Source: Planctomycetota bacterium (GTDB lineage Bacteria; Planctomycetota; MHYJ01; WSZJ01). From it: a DNA stretch of 64,000 nt. A model generated the notes under the pieces. That model was not told where the DNA came from. It was given only the letters and a program-made list of their open reading frames with translations, and did not search any database. The translations under genes were made by a program, and so were the position numbers. Location: positions 256,001 through 320,000 of the forward strand of contig JBBTCT010000022.1 of assembly GCA_038060895.1 (NCBI GenBank), given 5' to 3'. Shown here piece by piece: positions 1-8,977 of this stretch (positions are counted from its first letter, which is position 1; each line of letters starts with the position of its first letter).

Positions 1-853
1 CGTCCAGCCTCACGCCTCGACGCACATGTCGGGAGGTTCCGACGCGATCAAGCTCGACGAGCTCGCCGCGCCTACGGACGTCACGACGCTGAATGTCTCC
101 ACTTCGGCTCACGGGCTGACGCCGAAGCTCCCGAACGATGCGACCAAATACCTCGACGGGACTGGCGCGTTCAGCGTCCCTGCGGGAAGCGGCGGCTCCG
201 GCTCGTACCTCGGGACCACCGTGAAGACTTCCGGCACGACGTTCACGACCGGAGCCTCCACCAACACGATCCGTGTACGCCTTCAGGCCGGCGGCGGTGG
301 AGGCGGCGGCGCTGCGTCGAATCTATTCAGCCCCGCCGGCGGCGGTGGCGCGGGCGGATACGCGGAAAAGACATTCGCCGTGAGCCCCTCGACCGCCTAC
401 ACCTGCGCGATCGGCGCCGCAGGAGCCGGGGGCTCGGCAGGAAACAACAACGGCTCGGCCGGAGGGAACTCCACTTTCGCAGTCGGCGGAACGACCGTCA
501 CAGCTTTCGGCGGCAATGGCGGAATCGGAACTGCCGGCGGAAGCGGCTCATCCGCGATCTTCGTTCTGGGGGGCGCTGCCGCATCCGTCTCCACGAGCGC
601 CGACCTGAACGCAAGCGGCTCGCCGGGAGGGTTCGGGACAGGAAGTGGCGGCATTGGTGGTAGCGGCGCCTCGGGAGCCGGAGGTTCGTGCCTCTTCGGC
701 GCCGGCGGAAACAGCCTCAATACCCAGAGCGGCGGCGCCGCGGGCGTCGGTTACGGCGCGGGCGGAAGCGGCGGCTGTTCGCTTTCCAGCGGCGGAAACG
801 TTGCCGGCGGCGCAGGACTCGCCGGGGTGATCGTCGTCGAGGAGTTCTCGTAG
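1..853 (+). CDS. Glycine-rich phage tail-fibre/structural-like protein, 5' partial
   Basis: Frame is open from the window edge (..PHASTHMSGGSDAI). Gly-rich C-terminal domain GGGGGGG..GGGGAGGY..G.GG..G.VIVEEF is typical of phage tail-associated proteins. Confidence 0.6.
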   Translation, partial: VQPHASTHMSGGSDAIKLDELAAPTDVTTLNVSTSAHGLTPKLPNDATKYLDGTGAFSVPAGSGGSGSYLGTTVKTSGTTFTTGASTNTIRVRLQAGGGGGGGAASNLFSPAGGGGAGGYAEKTFAVSPSTAYTCAIGAAGAGGSAGNNNGSAGGNSTFAVGGTTVTAFGGNGGIGTAGGSGSSAIFVLGGAAASVSTSADLNASGSPGGFGTGSGGIGGSGASGAGGSCLFGAGGNSLNTQSGGAAGVGYGAGGSGGCSLSSGGNVAGGAGLAGVIVVEEFS

Positions 854-874
854 CAAGATCGAGGAGATGAAGTC

Positions 875-1315
875 GTGAGCGGAAACGGCTGTTCCTTCTG
901 GGCCCAGAACGTCTCCCCGGAGACGAGCTGGCCGATTTCCTCCGAAGCGCCGGCGGGGATGGACGGAATGTCCTGGTCGAGCGAGTGCGTCTGGGACGCG
1001 ATGTCCTTCCCGCAGGGAGTCCTGCAGGTCTCCGCGCCCGTCGAGATCCGGAACCCAAACAACACCGTGATCTTCTCCATCGTGATCATCGGCCAGAGCA
1101 GCGGGTCTCCTCAGCTCGCCATCGTATTCTCCGGCGCCAATTGTCCGGAGGGTCCCTACACCACGCTGAGCGGGCCGACCAACATCACGACCTTGGGCCT
1201 GCAGTTCCTAGGCGCCGTGACCGGAATCAGGTTCCCCTACGTCCGGGCAGAAGTCATGTCGTCGAACGGGAGTGCGGTGGCGGGGAGCGGGTGCTTTTGT
1301 GTCTCGGAAGCCTAA
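875..1315 (+). CDS. Small beta-rich hypothetical protein, possibly virion-associated
   Basis: 146-aa ORF with GAGGAG RBS right after the Gly-rich gene; beta-sandwich-like pattern ending in FPYVRAEV. Confidence 0.5.
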   Translation: MSGNGCSFWAQNVSPETSWPISSEAPAGMDGMSWSSECVWDAMSFPQGVLQVSAPVEIRNPNNTVIFSIVIIGQSSGSPQLAIVFSGANCPEGPYTTLSGPTNITTLGLQFLGAVTGIRFPYVRAEVMSSNGSAVAGSGCFCVSEA

Positions 1316-1473
1316 AGCCAGCGTTCGCTCGACAAACCAACCGTCCAAAGCGCCATCGGTGTAGCACATAACGAGAAGAGGTTTCGCGCGACTGTCTCTC
1401 ATCAAAGTCAAGTCAGAGCTCTCCAGCGCCTGACGGGTCTTCGAGTCGATTTTCCCTAGAGAAGGAGGTACCG

Positions 1474-1956
1474 ATGCCAGATCCAGAGATTGTGTCAATT
1501 GACGAAATCTTGCGTGCTAATGAGCTAAGGGATCCGCTGACCGGGGTCAGAACCGGCGGCACCGTGCTACACCCTGGCACTGGCGTGAAACTTCGGAAAG
1601 ATCGGCCTTCAGGATCCATTGGAATCAACTTGGACACAGGTCAATTGGAGATGCATGACTGGGGGCCGACCGTTGCTGGGCCCAGTACTGATTTCTCAAA
1701 GTTACCTGAACGAATCCGACTCTTTGGGGGAGAAACTGGCGACGGGCCCAGGGTGGGTCGTGACCCAAAGGAGTCTGAGGACCGTGGCGTGGAGATGCTG
1801 CTTCCGGAAGGCGTGAGAAAATTCGTCGCAGGAGATGCGCTGAAGGCAGGTATTGTCTCCATTTCCTTCGAGTTCGGAGGACCTTGGGGCCTTACCGTCA
1901 CGTTTGGAAGGCCGCCTGAGCCGGCTGGGGTCAGACGGAAGGACCTGGAGAAGTGA
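1474..1956 (+). CDS. Hypothetical protein (lower-GC accessory region)
   Basis: Strong AAGGAGGT RBS before ATG; 160 aa; no motif recognised. Confidence 0.55.
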   Translation: MPDPEIVSIDEILRANELRDPLTGVRTGGTVLHPGTGVKLRKDRPSGSIGINLDTGQLEMHDWGPTVAGPSTDFSKLPERIRLFGGETGDGPRVGRDPKESEDRGVEMLLPEGVRKFVAGDALKAGIVSISFEFGGPWGLTVTFGRPPEPAGVRRKDLEK

Positions 1957-2060
1957 CGCAATGCGAAACACGATCCATTTCTCGAAGTCGAGGACTGTCT
2001 GGGATGGGATGACTTCCCAGGAGCTAACCGCGCCTCCGTCGAAATCTCAGGAGCACGTCA

Positions 2061-3209
2061 ATGCGAACAGAAGCTTCTAGCGAACTGACTCATTCGTCAA
2101 GGTGGTGTCATCCAGTTACATTTGCACTTGCCTTGTTTCTTGGATGCGCCGCGGGTCAGGGCACCAACGAATCGAAGCCAGAAGAACCCAGGATTCACAA
2201 TTCGGTGGAATTGAGGGACTCGCAAGGGAGGATCCGGCTCTCGATCTGTCTGGATCAAGATGAGTGTCCTCAAATCATGCTATTTGATCCCGCCGGACAC
2301 CCTCGCTCGCGAATTGGACTAAGTTCGGAATTCGAACCCGTAATTCGTATGACGGGTTCGAACGGCGAGGATGCGGTTTCGCTTGGTTTGCGCGAGGATT
2401 CCCCCCAACTCCGGCTGGAGTGTGGCGAGGGACGAAGTGGTATTCGGATCCAGGCTGAAGCAACGCGAGGACCGGAGTTGACGTTGTCGGATGGCGATGG
2501 TTTGGAGCGCGCCCGACTGGCAATTGATCGTGGCGCCCCACAACTTTCGATGTTGGACCCTGGACTCAAGCCTCGCCTGTACCTTGGAACCGAGGTCTCG
2601 ACACCGGATAATTACGGACTCCGCGTCACCTCAGACGACGGCCTTTCCCGCGCGGAGGTTGGCACGACAAAAAACTCGCCGGCGTTCATCCTCGTTTCTG
2701 GAGGCGCTGGCGAATGGTCAGCGCTTGCAATGAGCCGTGGCGGGCACCCGCTGCTAAGCTTTGTCGATTCGACCGACATCGAACGAATTCGAGTCAGCTT
2801 GACGCCTCAACAGGAGTCCGAAGTAGCGCTTTGTAGCGCCGAAGGTCAGATTTCCGTTCTGGCAAGATGTCCGAAGTCGGGTTTCGGGTTGGTCAACTTG
2901 TCCGATGGCGATTCACCGACAGCCGTGTTTCTGGGGAAAGGTTCGTCCGGTGATGTCTTGGCCGGGATCGTTGATGCGGCGGGGTGTAGACGAGCGAGCT
3001 TGTCGCTAACCCCGGAGGACCGAGCTTACGCCTCCGTACAGGATTCGACCGCCTCCTCAGCCTTTCTGACGAACGATGGCAAAGGACTTTGCAAACTCGA
3101 GCTGAATCGAAAGGGAAAGACCAGACTGCTCGCGGGTTTTGACAAGACTGATACAGCATCCTTCATGTCGCTTGATTCGGAGGAAATCGAAACTTGGCGA
3201 TCAAAGTAG
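2061..3209 (+). CDS. Putative lipoprotein with repeated L-x-D-x-x-G-x-x-R beta-hairpin units
   Basis: Hydrophobic N-terminal stretch ending LFLGC; repeats LRDSQGRIR, LFDPAGHPR, LSDGDGLER, IVDAAGCRR. Confidence 0.6.
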   Translation: MRTEASSELTHSSRWCHPVTFALALFLGCAAGQGTNESKPEEPRIHNSVELRDSQGRIRLSICLDQDECPQIMLFDPAGHPRSRIGLSSEFEPVIRMTGSNGEDAVSLGLREDSPQLRLECGEGRSGIRIQAEATRGPELTLSDGDGLERARLAIDRGAPQLSMLDPGLKPRLYLGTEVSTPDNYGLRVTSDDGLSRAEVGTTKNSPAFILVSGGAGEWSALAMSRGGHPLLSFVDSTDIERIRVSLTPQQESEVALCSAEGQISVLARCPKSGFGLVNLSDGDSPTAVFLGKGSSGDVLAGIVDAAGCRRASLSLTPEDRAYASVQDSTASSAFLTNDGKGLCKLELNRKGKTRLLAGFDKTDTASFMSLDSEEIETWRSK

Positions 3210-3503
3210 ACTGCGGGGCTGCCATTCTTCTACAGACAGGCTTCAGTAGATGCGGTCGGGCGTCTCGATGGGGTTGAGACGTCGGGTGTAGACGGTTTCG
3301 CGACGTTGTAGACGTCGTAGGGCGACTCTTCCGTTCGGACGGAGCCCAACACCTGGGCTTGCGGGACACCCCGAACCTCCGAACGCAAATCGCTTCGTCC
3401 ACATCCAATTTCCCCAGGAGTCTCATGCCCGCCTTGCTCCGCCTCCCCCGCCAATGCTAAAGTCGCCCTTCCGGGTAACCCAGGGCCCGGTTGAGGGCCT
3501 CTC

Positions 3504-4025
3504 ATGGACGCAACGAAACCGGAAGTCGCCGCTCCAGCACCGCCCGCGCCGCTGGCCGACCCGCGCGTGGACAAGCTCCTTGAAAAGATCGGGATCCTTG
3601 AGCAGCTTTTCGTGAAGCGCATCAAGGACGACCAGGCGCACGCGGCGGCGTACAACACGCTGTACCAGGACATGTCGAAGTACCGGGACGACGCGTTCCG
3701 GGGGGCGCAGAAGTCGCTTCTCAAGGGTCTAGTGCTCATTTACGACACGATGAAGCGGTCCATTTCGGGGATCGGGGACGGGACGGTGCGCGAGATGGTG
3801 AACCTGCACGTCGAGGAACTGCTCGAGCTGCTTCATCGCCACGACGTCGAGCGGATGCCGGACACGCTGGGAAAATTCGACCGGAACGTGCAGCAGGCGC
3901 TGGGGACGGAGCCGGCGGCGACGGCGGAAGAAGATCAGACTGTTGCGCGAGTGGTGCGTGACGGGTTCAAATGGGGGACTCAGGTGTTGAGGCCGCAGGA
4001 AGTAGTGATTAAGGTAAAAAAGTAG
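3504..4025 (+). CDS. grpE: GrpE-family nucleotide exchange factor
   Basis: N-terminal coiled coil, GKFD...QQA, VARVVRDGF and LRPQEVVI motifs; directly upstream of hsp70. Confidence 0.85.
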   Translation: MDATKPEVAAPAPPAPLADPRVDKLLEKIGILEQLFVKRIKDDQAHAAAYNTLYQDMSKYRDDAFRGAQKSLLKGLVLIYDTMKRSISGIGDGTVREMVNLHVEELLELLHRHDVERMPDTLGKFDRNVQQALGTEPAATAEEDQTVARVVRDGFKWGTQVLRPQEVVIKVKK

Positions 4026-4088
4026 TAGGGAGCAGGGGGTAGTGGGTAGTTGGTAGGAAAGGCAAAGACTCTTAACAGGAGACCGTCC

Positions 4089-5678
4089 ATGGCCGACCAG
4101 AAGACGCCGATGACGTGCGGGATTGACCTGGGCACGACGAACAGCGCCATCGCGTTCATCGACGAGCACGGCAAGGCGCAGGTGATCCAGAACACGGACA
4201 ACGAGCGGATCACGCCCTCGGTCGTGCTGTTCGAGGAGAAGGAAGTCATCGTCGGCAAGATCGCCAAGAACTCGGCGGTGGCAGCGCCGGACCGGGTAGT
4301 GCAGTTCGTGAAGCGGCACATCGGCGAAGAGGGCTGGGTGAAGACGTACTTCGGGACGGAGTACACGCCCGAGACGATCAGCGCGCTGATCCTGAAGCGC
4401 ATCGTGCAGGACGCCGAGAAGGTGAGCGGCGGCAAAGTTGGGAGCGTGGTGATCACGGTTCCGGCGTACTTCAACGAAGTCGAGCGCAAGGCGACGCAGG
4501 ACGCGGGGACGATCGCGGGCCTGAACGTCGTCTCCATCCTCAATGAGCCGACGGCCGCGGCGCTGGCTTACGGGCTGGACCGGCTGGGCGAGAAGAAGCG
4601 CGTCCTGGTCTACGACCTGGGCGGCGGGACGTTCGACGTGACGATCATCGAGATCGACGGCACGAAGATCGACGTGCTGGCGACGGACGGCGAGCGGCGG
4701 CTGGGCGGCATCGACTGGGACGACGAGATCATCAACATGGTCTCCGAGAAGTTCCAGGCGGAGCACGGGATCGACCCGCGCAACGACCTCGAAGCGTGCC
4801 AGGACCTGCGCAACAAGGCGGAAGACGCGAAGATCAGCCTGTCGAAGCTCGAAAAGGTGCGCATCCTCTGCCAGTGCCAGGGCAAGACGACCAAGGTCGA
4901 ACTGACGCGCGAAGATTTCGAGAAGATCACCAAGGGCCTGCTCGACCAGACCGAGACGTACCTCGGGGTCGTGCTCCAGAAGGCGAAGCTCGCCTGGAAG
5001 GACATCGGCACCGTCCTGCTCGTCGGCGGCATGACCCGCATGCCCGCCGTGCAGGGCATGATCCAGCGTGTCACGGGTCTTAAACCCGAAACCGGCATCA
5101 ACCCCGACGAATGCGTCGCGATGGGCGCCGCCTACTACAACGCCGTCCTCGCCCTCCAGGCCAAGCCGTCCGAGGAGCCCGAGCTGGCGCTTCAGGGCGA
5201 AGCGCTGAAGGAGTCGATCGACGAGGAAGTCATGATCCTGCTGCAGGGCGTCGAGGTCACGAACGTGAACTCGCACTCGCTGGGCATCGTGGGCATCCAC
5301 AAGAAGACCGGCAAGCTGGTCGCGTACAAGATGATCCCGAAGAACACGCCGATCCCGGCCGACATCACAAAGCCGTTCGGGACGGAGAAGGAAAACCAGG
5401 TCAGCGTGCAGATCAAGATCGTCGAGGGCGAAGGCGAGACCCCCGAGGATTGCACGGAGATCGGGATGTGCGAGATCAAGGACCTCCCGAAGGGCCACCC
5501 CGCGGGCTCGATCATCGACGTGACCTACTCGTACAGCGTCGACGGCCGACTGCAAGTCACAGGCAAGGACCGCCTGTCCGGCAAGGAGGCCAGGGTCGAG
5601 ATCGTCCGCGCGAGCGGTATGGATGACAAAGAGATCAAGGAGGCGAAGAAGGACGTGGTTGAGATGGAAGTAGGCTAA
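4089..5678 (+). CDS. Hsp70 (DnaK-like) chaperone, short form lacking most of the lid
   Basis: GIDLGTTNS, TVPAYF, NEPTAAALAYG, VYDLGGGTFDV, LVGGMTRMP; ends at about 529 aa. Confidence 0.92.
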   Translation: MADQKTPMTCGIDLGTTNSAIAFIDEHGKAQVIQNTDNERITPSVVLFEEKEVIVGKIAKNSAVAAPDRVVQFVKRHIGEEGWVKTYFGTEYTPETISALILKRIVQDAEKVSGGKVGSVVITVPAYFNEVERKATQDAGTIAGLNVVSILNEPTAAALAYGLDRLGEKKRVLVYDLGGGTFDVTIIEIDGTKIDVLATDGERRLGGIDWDDEIINMVSEKFQAEHGIDPRNDLEACQDLRNKAEDAKISLSKLEKVRILCQCQGKTTKVELTREDFEKITKGLLDQTETYLGVVLQKAKLAWKDIGTVLLVGGMTRMPAVQGMIQRVTGLKPETGINPDECVAMGAAYYNAVLALQAKPSEEPELALQGEALKESIDEEVMILLQGVEVTNVNSHSLGIVGIHKKTGKLVAYKMIPKNTPIPADITKPFGTEKENQVSVQIKIVEGEGETPEDCTEIGMCEIKDLPKGHPAGSIIDVTYSYSVDGRLQVTGKDRLSGKEARVEIVRASGMDDKEIKEAKKDVVEMEVG

Positions 5679-5846
5679 GGACAGGCTGGCATAGGCTGGC
5701 GGAGGCTGCGGAGGCTGGCGGAGGCTTTGGCGCAAAGGGAGGCAACCCCCTATGAGTAAGCGCCGACGCAATCGCCAGCCCCGATTCAGCCGACGCCTTT
5801 AGCCTTCGCCAGCCTCCGCCAGCCTCTGCCAGCCTCCGCCAGCCTC
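5672..5846. repeat. Inverted arrays of a 10-bp tandem repeat (AGGCTGGCGG ... CCGCCAGCCT)
   Basis: About 5 imperfect copies at 5672-5726 and about 5 reverse-complement copies at 5800-5846, around a ~70-bp spacer. Confidence 0.85.
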
Positions 5847-5856
5847 TTCACTACCC

Positions 5857-7071
5857 ATGCCTGAAAACCGCTTCCACGAACTTCTGGGCCTCCCAGAAGA
5901 GGTCTCCGACCCGGACTATTACCAGCTCCTGGGCGTGCCACGCTCCGAGAATGACGCCGCCGCAATCGAGGCGTGCTTCAAGGAGAAGATGACGCATGTC
6001 CAGCACATCGAGAACCCGCGCCACAAGGAGTTTCTCGAGTTTCTCAAGGGGGAGCTGAAGCGCGCCCGGTCGATCCTGACCGACGAAGAGCGGCGCGGCG
6101 AGTACGACCGCGAGCTGGCGGAGGAGCGCGGCGACGAGCTTCGGAAGGTGCTGTCGCACATGCTCGTGGACGGGACGCTGAGCTCGATCGCCGAGGTGTC
6201 GGTCTTCCGCGAGGGTCACAATCTCGGGCTGAGCGGCGAGTTCGTGAAGCAGGTCGTGGACGAGGAGTTGAAGAAGGCGGGGGCGCGCCGCGTCTCGGTC
6301 GCGACGGGGACCAACGGGCACCAGACGCAGGTCCTCATGAACCAGAAGGCGCAGGAAGTCGCGCGCCAGATGCAGGAAGCCCGCATGGCGGCGCGCATCG
6401 CCGACACGCGCGCGAAGATCGCGGAGACGCACCAGAAGAAGGCCGAGGAGCAGGTGCAGGTCGTGCTGCAGAAGGCCCGCGTGGCCGAGGTCCAGAAGAA
6501 GCAGGCCGTCGAACTGGCGCAGGAAACCCGCGAACGCGCGCGGCAGGCCGAGATCCACAAGATGCGCGCCGAACAGAAGGTCCAGGCCGTCACGCAGAAG
6601 GCCCGCGAAGCCGAGACGCTCGCGCGCAAGGCGATTACCCGTGAGCACCTCGCCGCCGCCCGCCACAAGATGTCCGAACAGGAACGCAAGCAGCTCGAAG
6701 CCGGCATGAAGGAGGCGGAGACCCGCTTCCAGGCCTACGTCGAAGCCTCCAACGAAGAACTTGAGTCGGTCCGTGAGAAAGGCATGGCAGGGCGGCGCCT
6801 CACGATGTGCTACGCCCTCCTCAGCATGTCGCTCGTCGCCGGCGCCGCGCTGCCTAAATACGTGCCGGGCGCCGCTTCCGCCATCACGAAACTGCTCGAA
6901 CCCTATGTCTCCAGGGTCAGCGGCATTCCGCACGCGGCCCTGCCGCTCATCGCCATCGCAATCCTGCTCCCGACGCTTCATTGGCTGGCAGGGACGCGGG
7001 CCACCGGGTTCTTCGCGCCGCTGCTGGTTATCCTCGCGCTGGCCGTCGCGGCGGGCGTGCTGCGGGGATAG
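5857..7071 (+). CDS. J-domain-like protein (no HPD) with long coiled coil and C-terminal membrane anchor
   Basis: DYYQLLGV ... ARSILTDEERRGEYD flank the J fold but HPD is absent; A/E/Q/K coiled coil; 2-3 hydrophobic helices at the C-terminus. Confidence 0.75.
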   Translation: MPENRFHELLGLPEEVSDPDYYQLLGVPRSENDAAAIEACFKEKMTHVQHIENPRHKEFLEFLKGELKRARSILTDEERRGEYDRELAEERGDELRKVLSHMLVDGTLSSIAEVSVFREGHNLGLSGEFVKQVVDEELKKAGARRVSVATGTNGHQTQVLMNQKAQEVARQMQEARMAARIADTRAKIAETHQKKAEEQVQVVLQKARVAEVQKKQAVELAQETRERARQAEIHKMRAEQKVQAVTQKAREAETLARKAITREHLAAARHKMSEQERKQLEAGMKEAETRFQAYVEASNEELESVREKGMAGRRLTMCYALLSMSLVAGAALPKYVPGAASAITKLLEPYVSRVSGIPHAALPLIAIAILLPTLHWLAGTRATGFFAPLLVILALAVAAGVLRG

Positions 7072-7157
7072 TGGCTGTCGGGAACGGAATTGAATGTAGC
7101 CGCGCCCGGCGAAGGATTGCAGGATTCCGCCCCTTAACCCATTCAGGGGAAACCGCC

Positions 7158-7567
7158 ATGAAGTTCCGCAACGCTCTCCCGCTCCTCGCCTCGTTTGCCC
7201 TTCTCGCTGGCTGCGCCTCGAACGGCGAGGGCACCGCCGACACTTCCGGCAAACCCGGCGCCTTCCACGTCCGGGGCGACCAGGTTGAAGCCTGCGAGTG
7301 CGACTCAGTCTGCCCGTGCATCTTCGAAAAAGATGTCACCCACGAACAGTGCCAGGGCTGGCTCGCCCTCGCGATCCGGGAAGGCAGCTACGAGGGGACG
7401 GACCTCGCGGGCGTCACCTGCGCGATCGCCCTGCTGAAGACCGAGAAAAACCTGGGCAAGTCGATGGGCAAGTTGCGGACAGCAACACGCTCAGCGACGG
7501 CCCGGTGAAGTGGGATTTCAAGGGTCGCAACGGCGGGTACGGCGGCTTCGAATTCAAGAGCAAGTAG
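7158..7567 (+). pseudogene. DUF1326-like Cys-rich lipoprotein with internal deletion/frameshift
   Basis: Lipobox LLAGC and EACECDSVCPC in one frame; the family-like C-terminus (WDFKGRNG) is in another frame after ~7473; the middle is missing. Confidence 0.65.
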
Positions 7568-7576
7568 CAGAGTCCC

Positions 7577-7607
7577 GGGAGCCCGGCGAAAACGCCGGGC
7601 TCCCTTT
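7577..7607 (+). terminator. Intrinsic terminator
   Basis: GGGAGCCCGGCG-AAAA-CGCCGGGCTCCC, a perfect 12-bp stem, followed by TTTGT. Confidence 0.75.
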
Positions 7608-7631
7608 GTCTACGGACCACCCGGAGGTCCC

Positions 7632-7898
7632 ATGCCCCTCTACGACTCCGTCCTCCAGCTCATCGGCCGCACGCCGCTTGTCCGCCTCGCGCGCGTCGGC
7701 GCGGGATGCCCGGCGCGCGTCTGCGGCGTCGGAACAGGCGGCACACTGACCGGCGCCGGGCGCTTCCTCAAGGAGCGCAAGCCGGCGCTTCGCGTCGTCC
7801 TGGCCGACCCGGTGGGGTCGACGCTGTCCGGCGGGGCTTCGGGGACCTACTTGCAGGGGCAATCGGCGACCCAAGACCCGAATCCGCATCGTCCTTAA
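7632..7898 (+). pseudogene. Cysteine synthase (CysK/CysM-like) remnant
   Basis: IGRTPLVRL is joined directly to CGVGTGGTLTG..FLKE..VVLADP; the PLP-lysine segment (NPxGSVKDR) and the C-terminus are absent. Confidence 0.8.
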
Positions 7899-7910
7899 CG
7901 AAGAGTCGCT

Positions 7911-7947
7911 AGAATCCCACCCCCTTCAGGGGGTAGGGGGTAGTAAA
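7911..7947 (+). mobile_element. IS200/IS605-type right-end hairpin remnant
   Basis: AGAATCCCACCCCC-TTCA-GGGGGTAGGGGGTAGTAAA resembles the IS605 right-end pattern GAATCCC..TTCAGG..GG..GTCAA; no tnpA/tnpB nearby. Confidence 0.45.
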
Positions 7948-8017
7948 GGCCCTGCGTAGCCGGTTTTTCCTACCCACTACCTCCTGCCACTGCCGTCCCC
8001 GCTTCCAGGAACCCACG

Positions 8018-8977
8018 ATGAGTCCCAAAGACGATTCGGAACGCAATACGTTCCGCCGCATCCACAGCGACCTCGTCGATGATTTCGACGAAGAGCTCGA
8101 GCTGGAATCCGAGGACTACGAGCCCGGGGACATTCCGGCGAAGGGGATTTCCGACGCCGAGCGCGTCCTGCGCCGCCGTTATTTCAAGGAGCTCTTCCGG
8201 CTCCAGTCCGACCTGATCAAGATGCAGGACTGGATCGTGCACAAGGGGCTGAAGCTGGTGATTCTCTTTGAAGGGCGCGACGCGGCCGGCAAGGGAGGGC
8301 TGATCAAGCGGATCACGCAGCGCCTGAACCCGCGCGCCCTTCGCGTCGCGGCCCTGCCGGCGCCGACGGACCGGCAGCGGTCGCAGTGGTACTTCCAGCG
8401 CTACGTGGAACACCTGCCGGCGGCGGGCGAAATGGTGCTCTTCGACCGCAGCTGGTACAACCGCGCCGGCGTGGAAAAAGTGATGGGGTTCTGCACGGCG
8501 GCGGAGCTCGAGGAGTTCTACCGGTCGGTGCCGGAATTCGAAAAGATGCTCGTGCGGTCGGGGATCCAGCTCATCAAGTACTGGTTCTCGATCAGCGACG
8601 AAGAGCAGGAGTTCCGGTTCATGTGCCGGACGATGGACCCGATGAAGCAGTGGAAGCTCTCCAAGATGGACCTCGAGTCGCGCCGGCGGTGGGAGGACTA
8701 CACGAAGGCGAAGGAGATGATGCTCGAGCGCACGCACATCCCGGAGGCGCCCTGGTGGGTGGTGATGGCCAACGACAAGAAGCGCGCGCGGCTGAACTGC
8801 ATCCACCACCTGTTGAGCCAGGTGAAGTTCCAGGAAGTGCCGCACACGCCGCTGACGCTGCCGAAGAGGGAGCACCGGGAGGACTACCACCGGAATCCGG
8901 TGCCGAAGAGCATGATCGTCCCGGACGTTTACGGAGAACCCGGAAGTCCTTCGGGTCAGGCTCCGACGGCCGAATGA
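8018..8977 (+). CDS. ppk2: Polyphosphate kinase 2
   Basis: FEGRDAAGKGG, WYFQRY, FDRSWYNRAGVE, WKLS motifs. Confidence 0.95.
   Translation: MSPKDDSERNTFRRIHSDLVDDFDEELELESEDYEPGDIPAKGISDAERVLRRRYFKELFRLQSDLIKMQDWIVHKGLKLVILFEGRDAAGKGGLIKRITQRLNPRALRVAALPAPTDRQRSQWYFQRYVEHLPAAGEMVLFDRSWYNRAGVEKVMGFCTAAELEEFYRSVPEFEKMLVRSGIQLIKYWFSISDEEQEFRFMCRTMDPMKQWKLSKMDLESRRRWEDYTKAKEMMLERTHIPEAPWWVVMANDKKRARLNCIHHLLSQVKFQEVPHTPLTLPKREHREDYHRNPVPKSMIVPDVYGEPGSPSGQAPTAE

Noticed and set aside
3320-3500. Structured ncRNA (SRP/6S/tmRNA) at the island boundary
   Set aside because: Only short hairpins; no diagnostic conserved motif recognised.
5672-5846. CRISPR array
   Set aside because: 10-bp tandem units without unique spacers; no cas genes. 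No CRISPR array was seen anywhere in the window.
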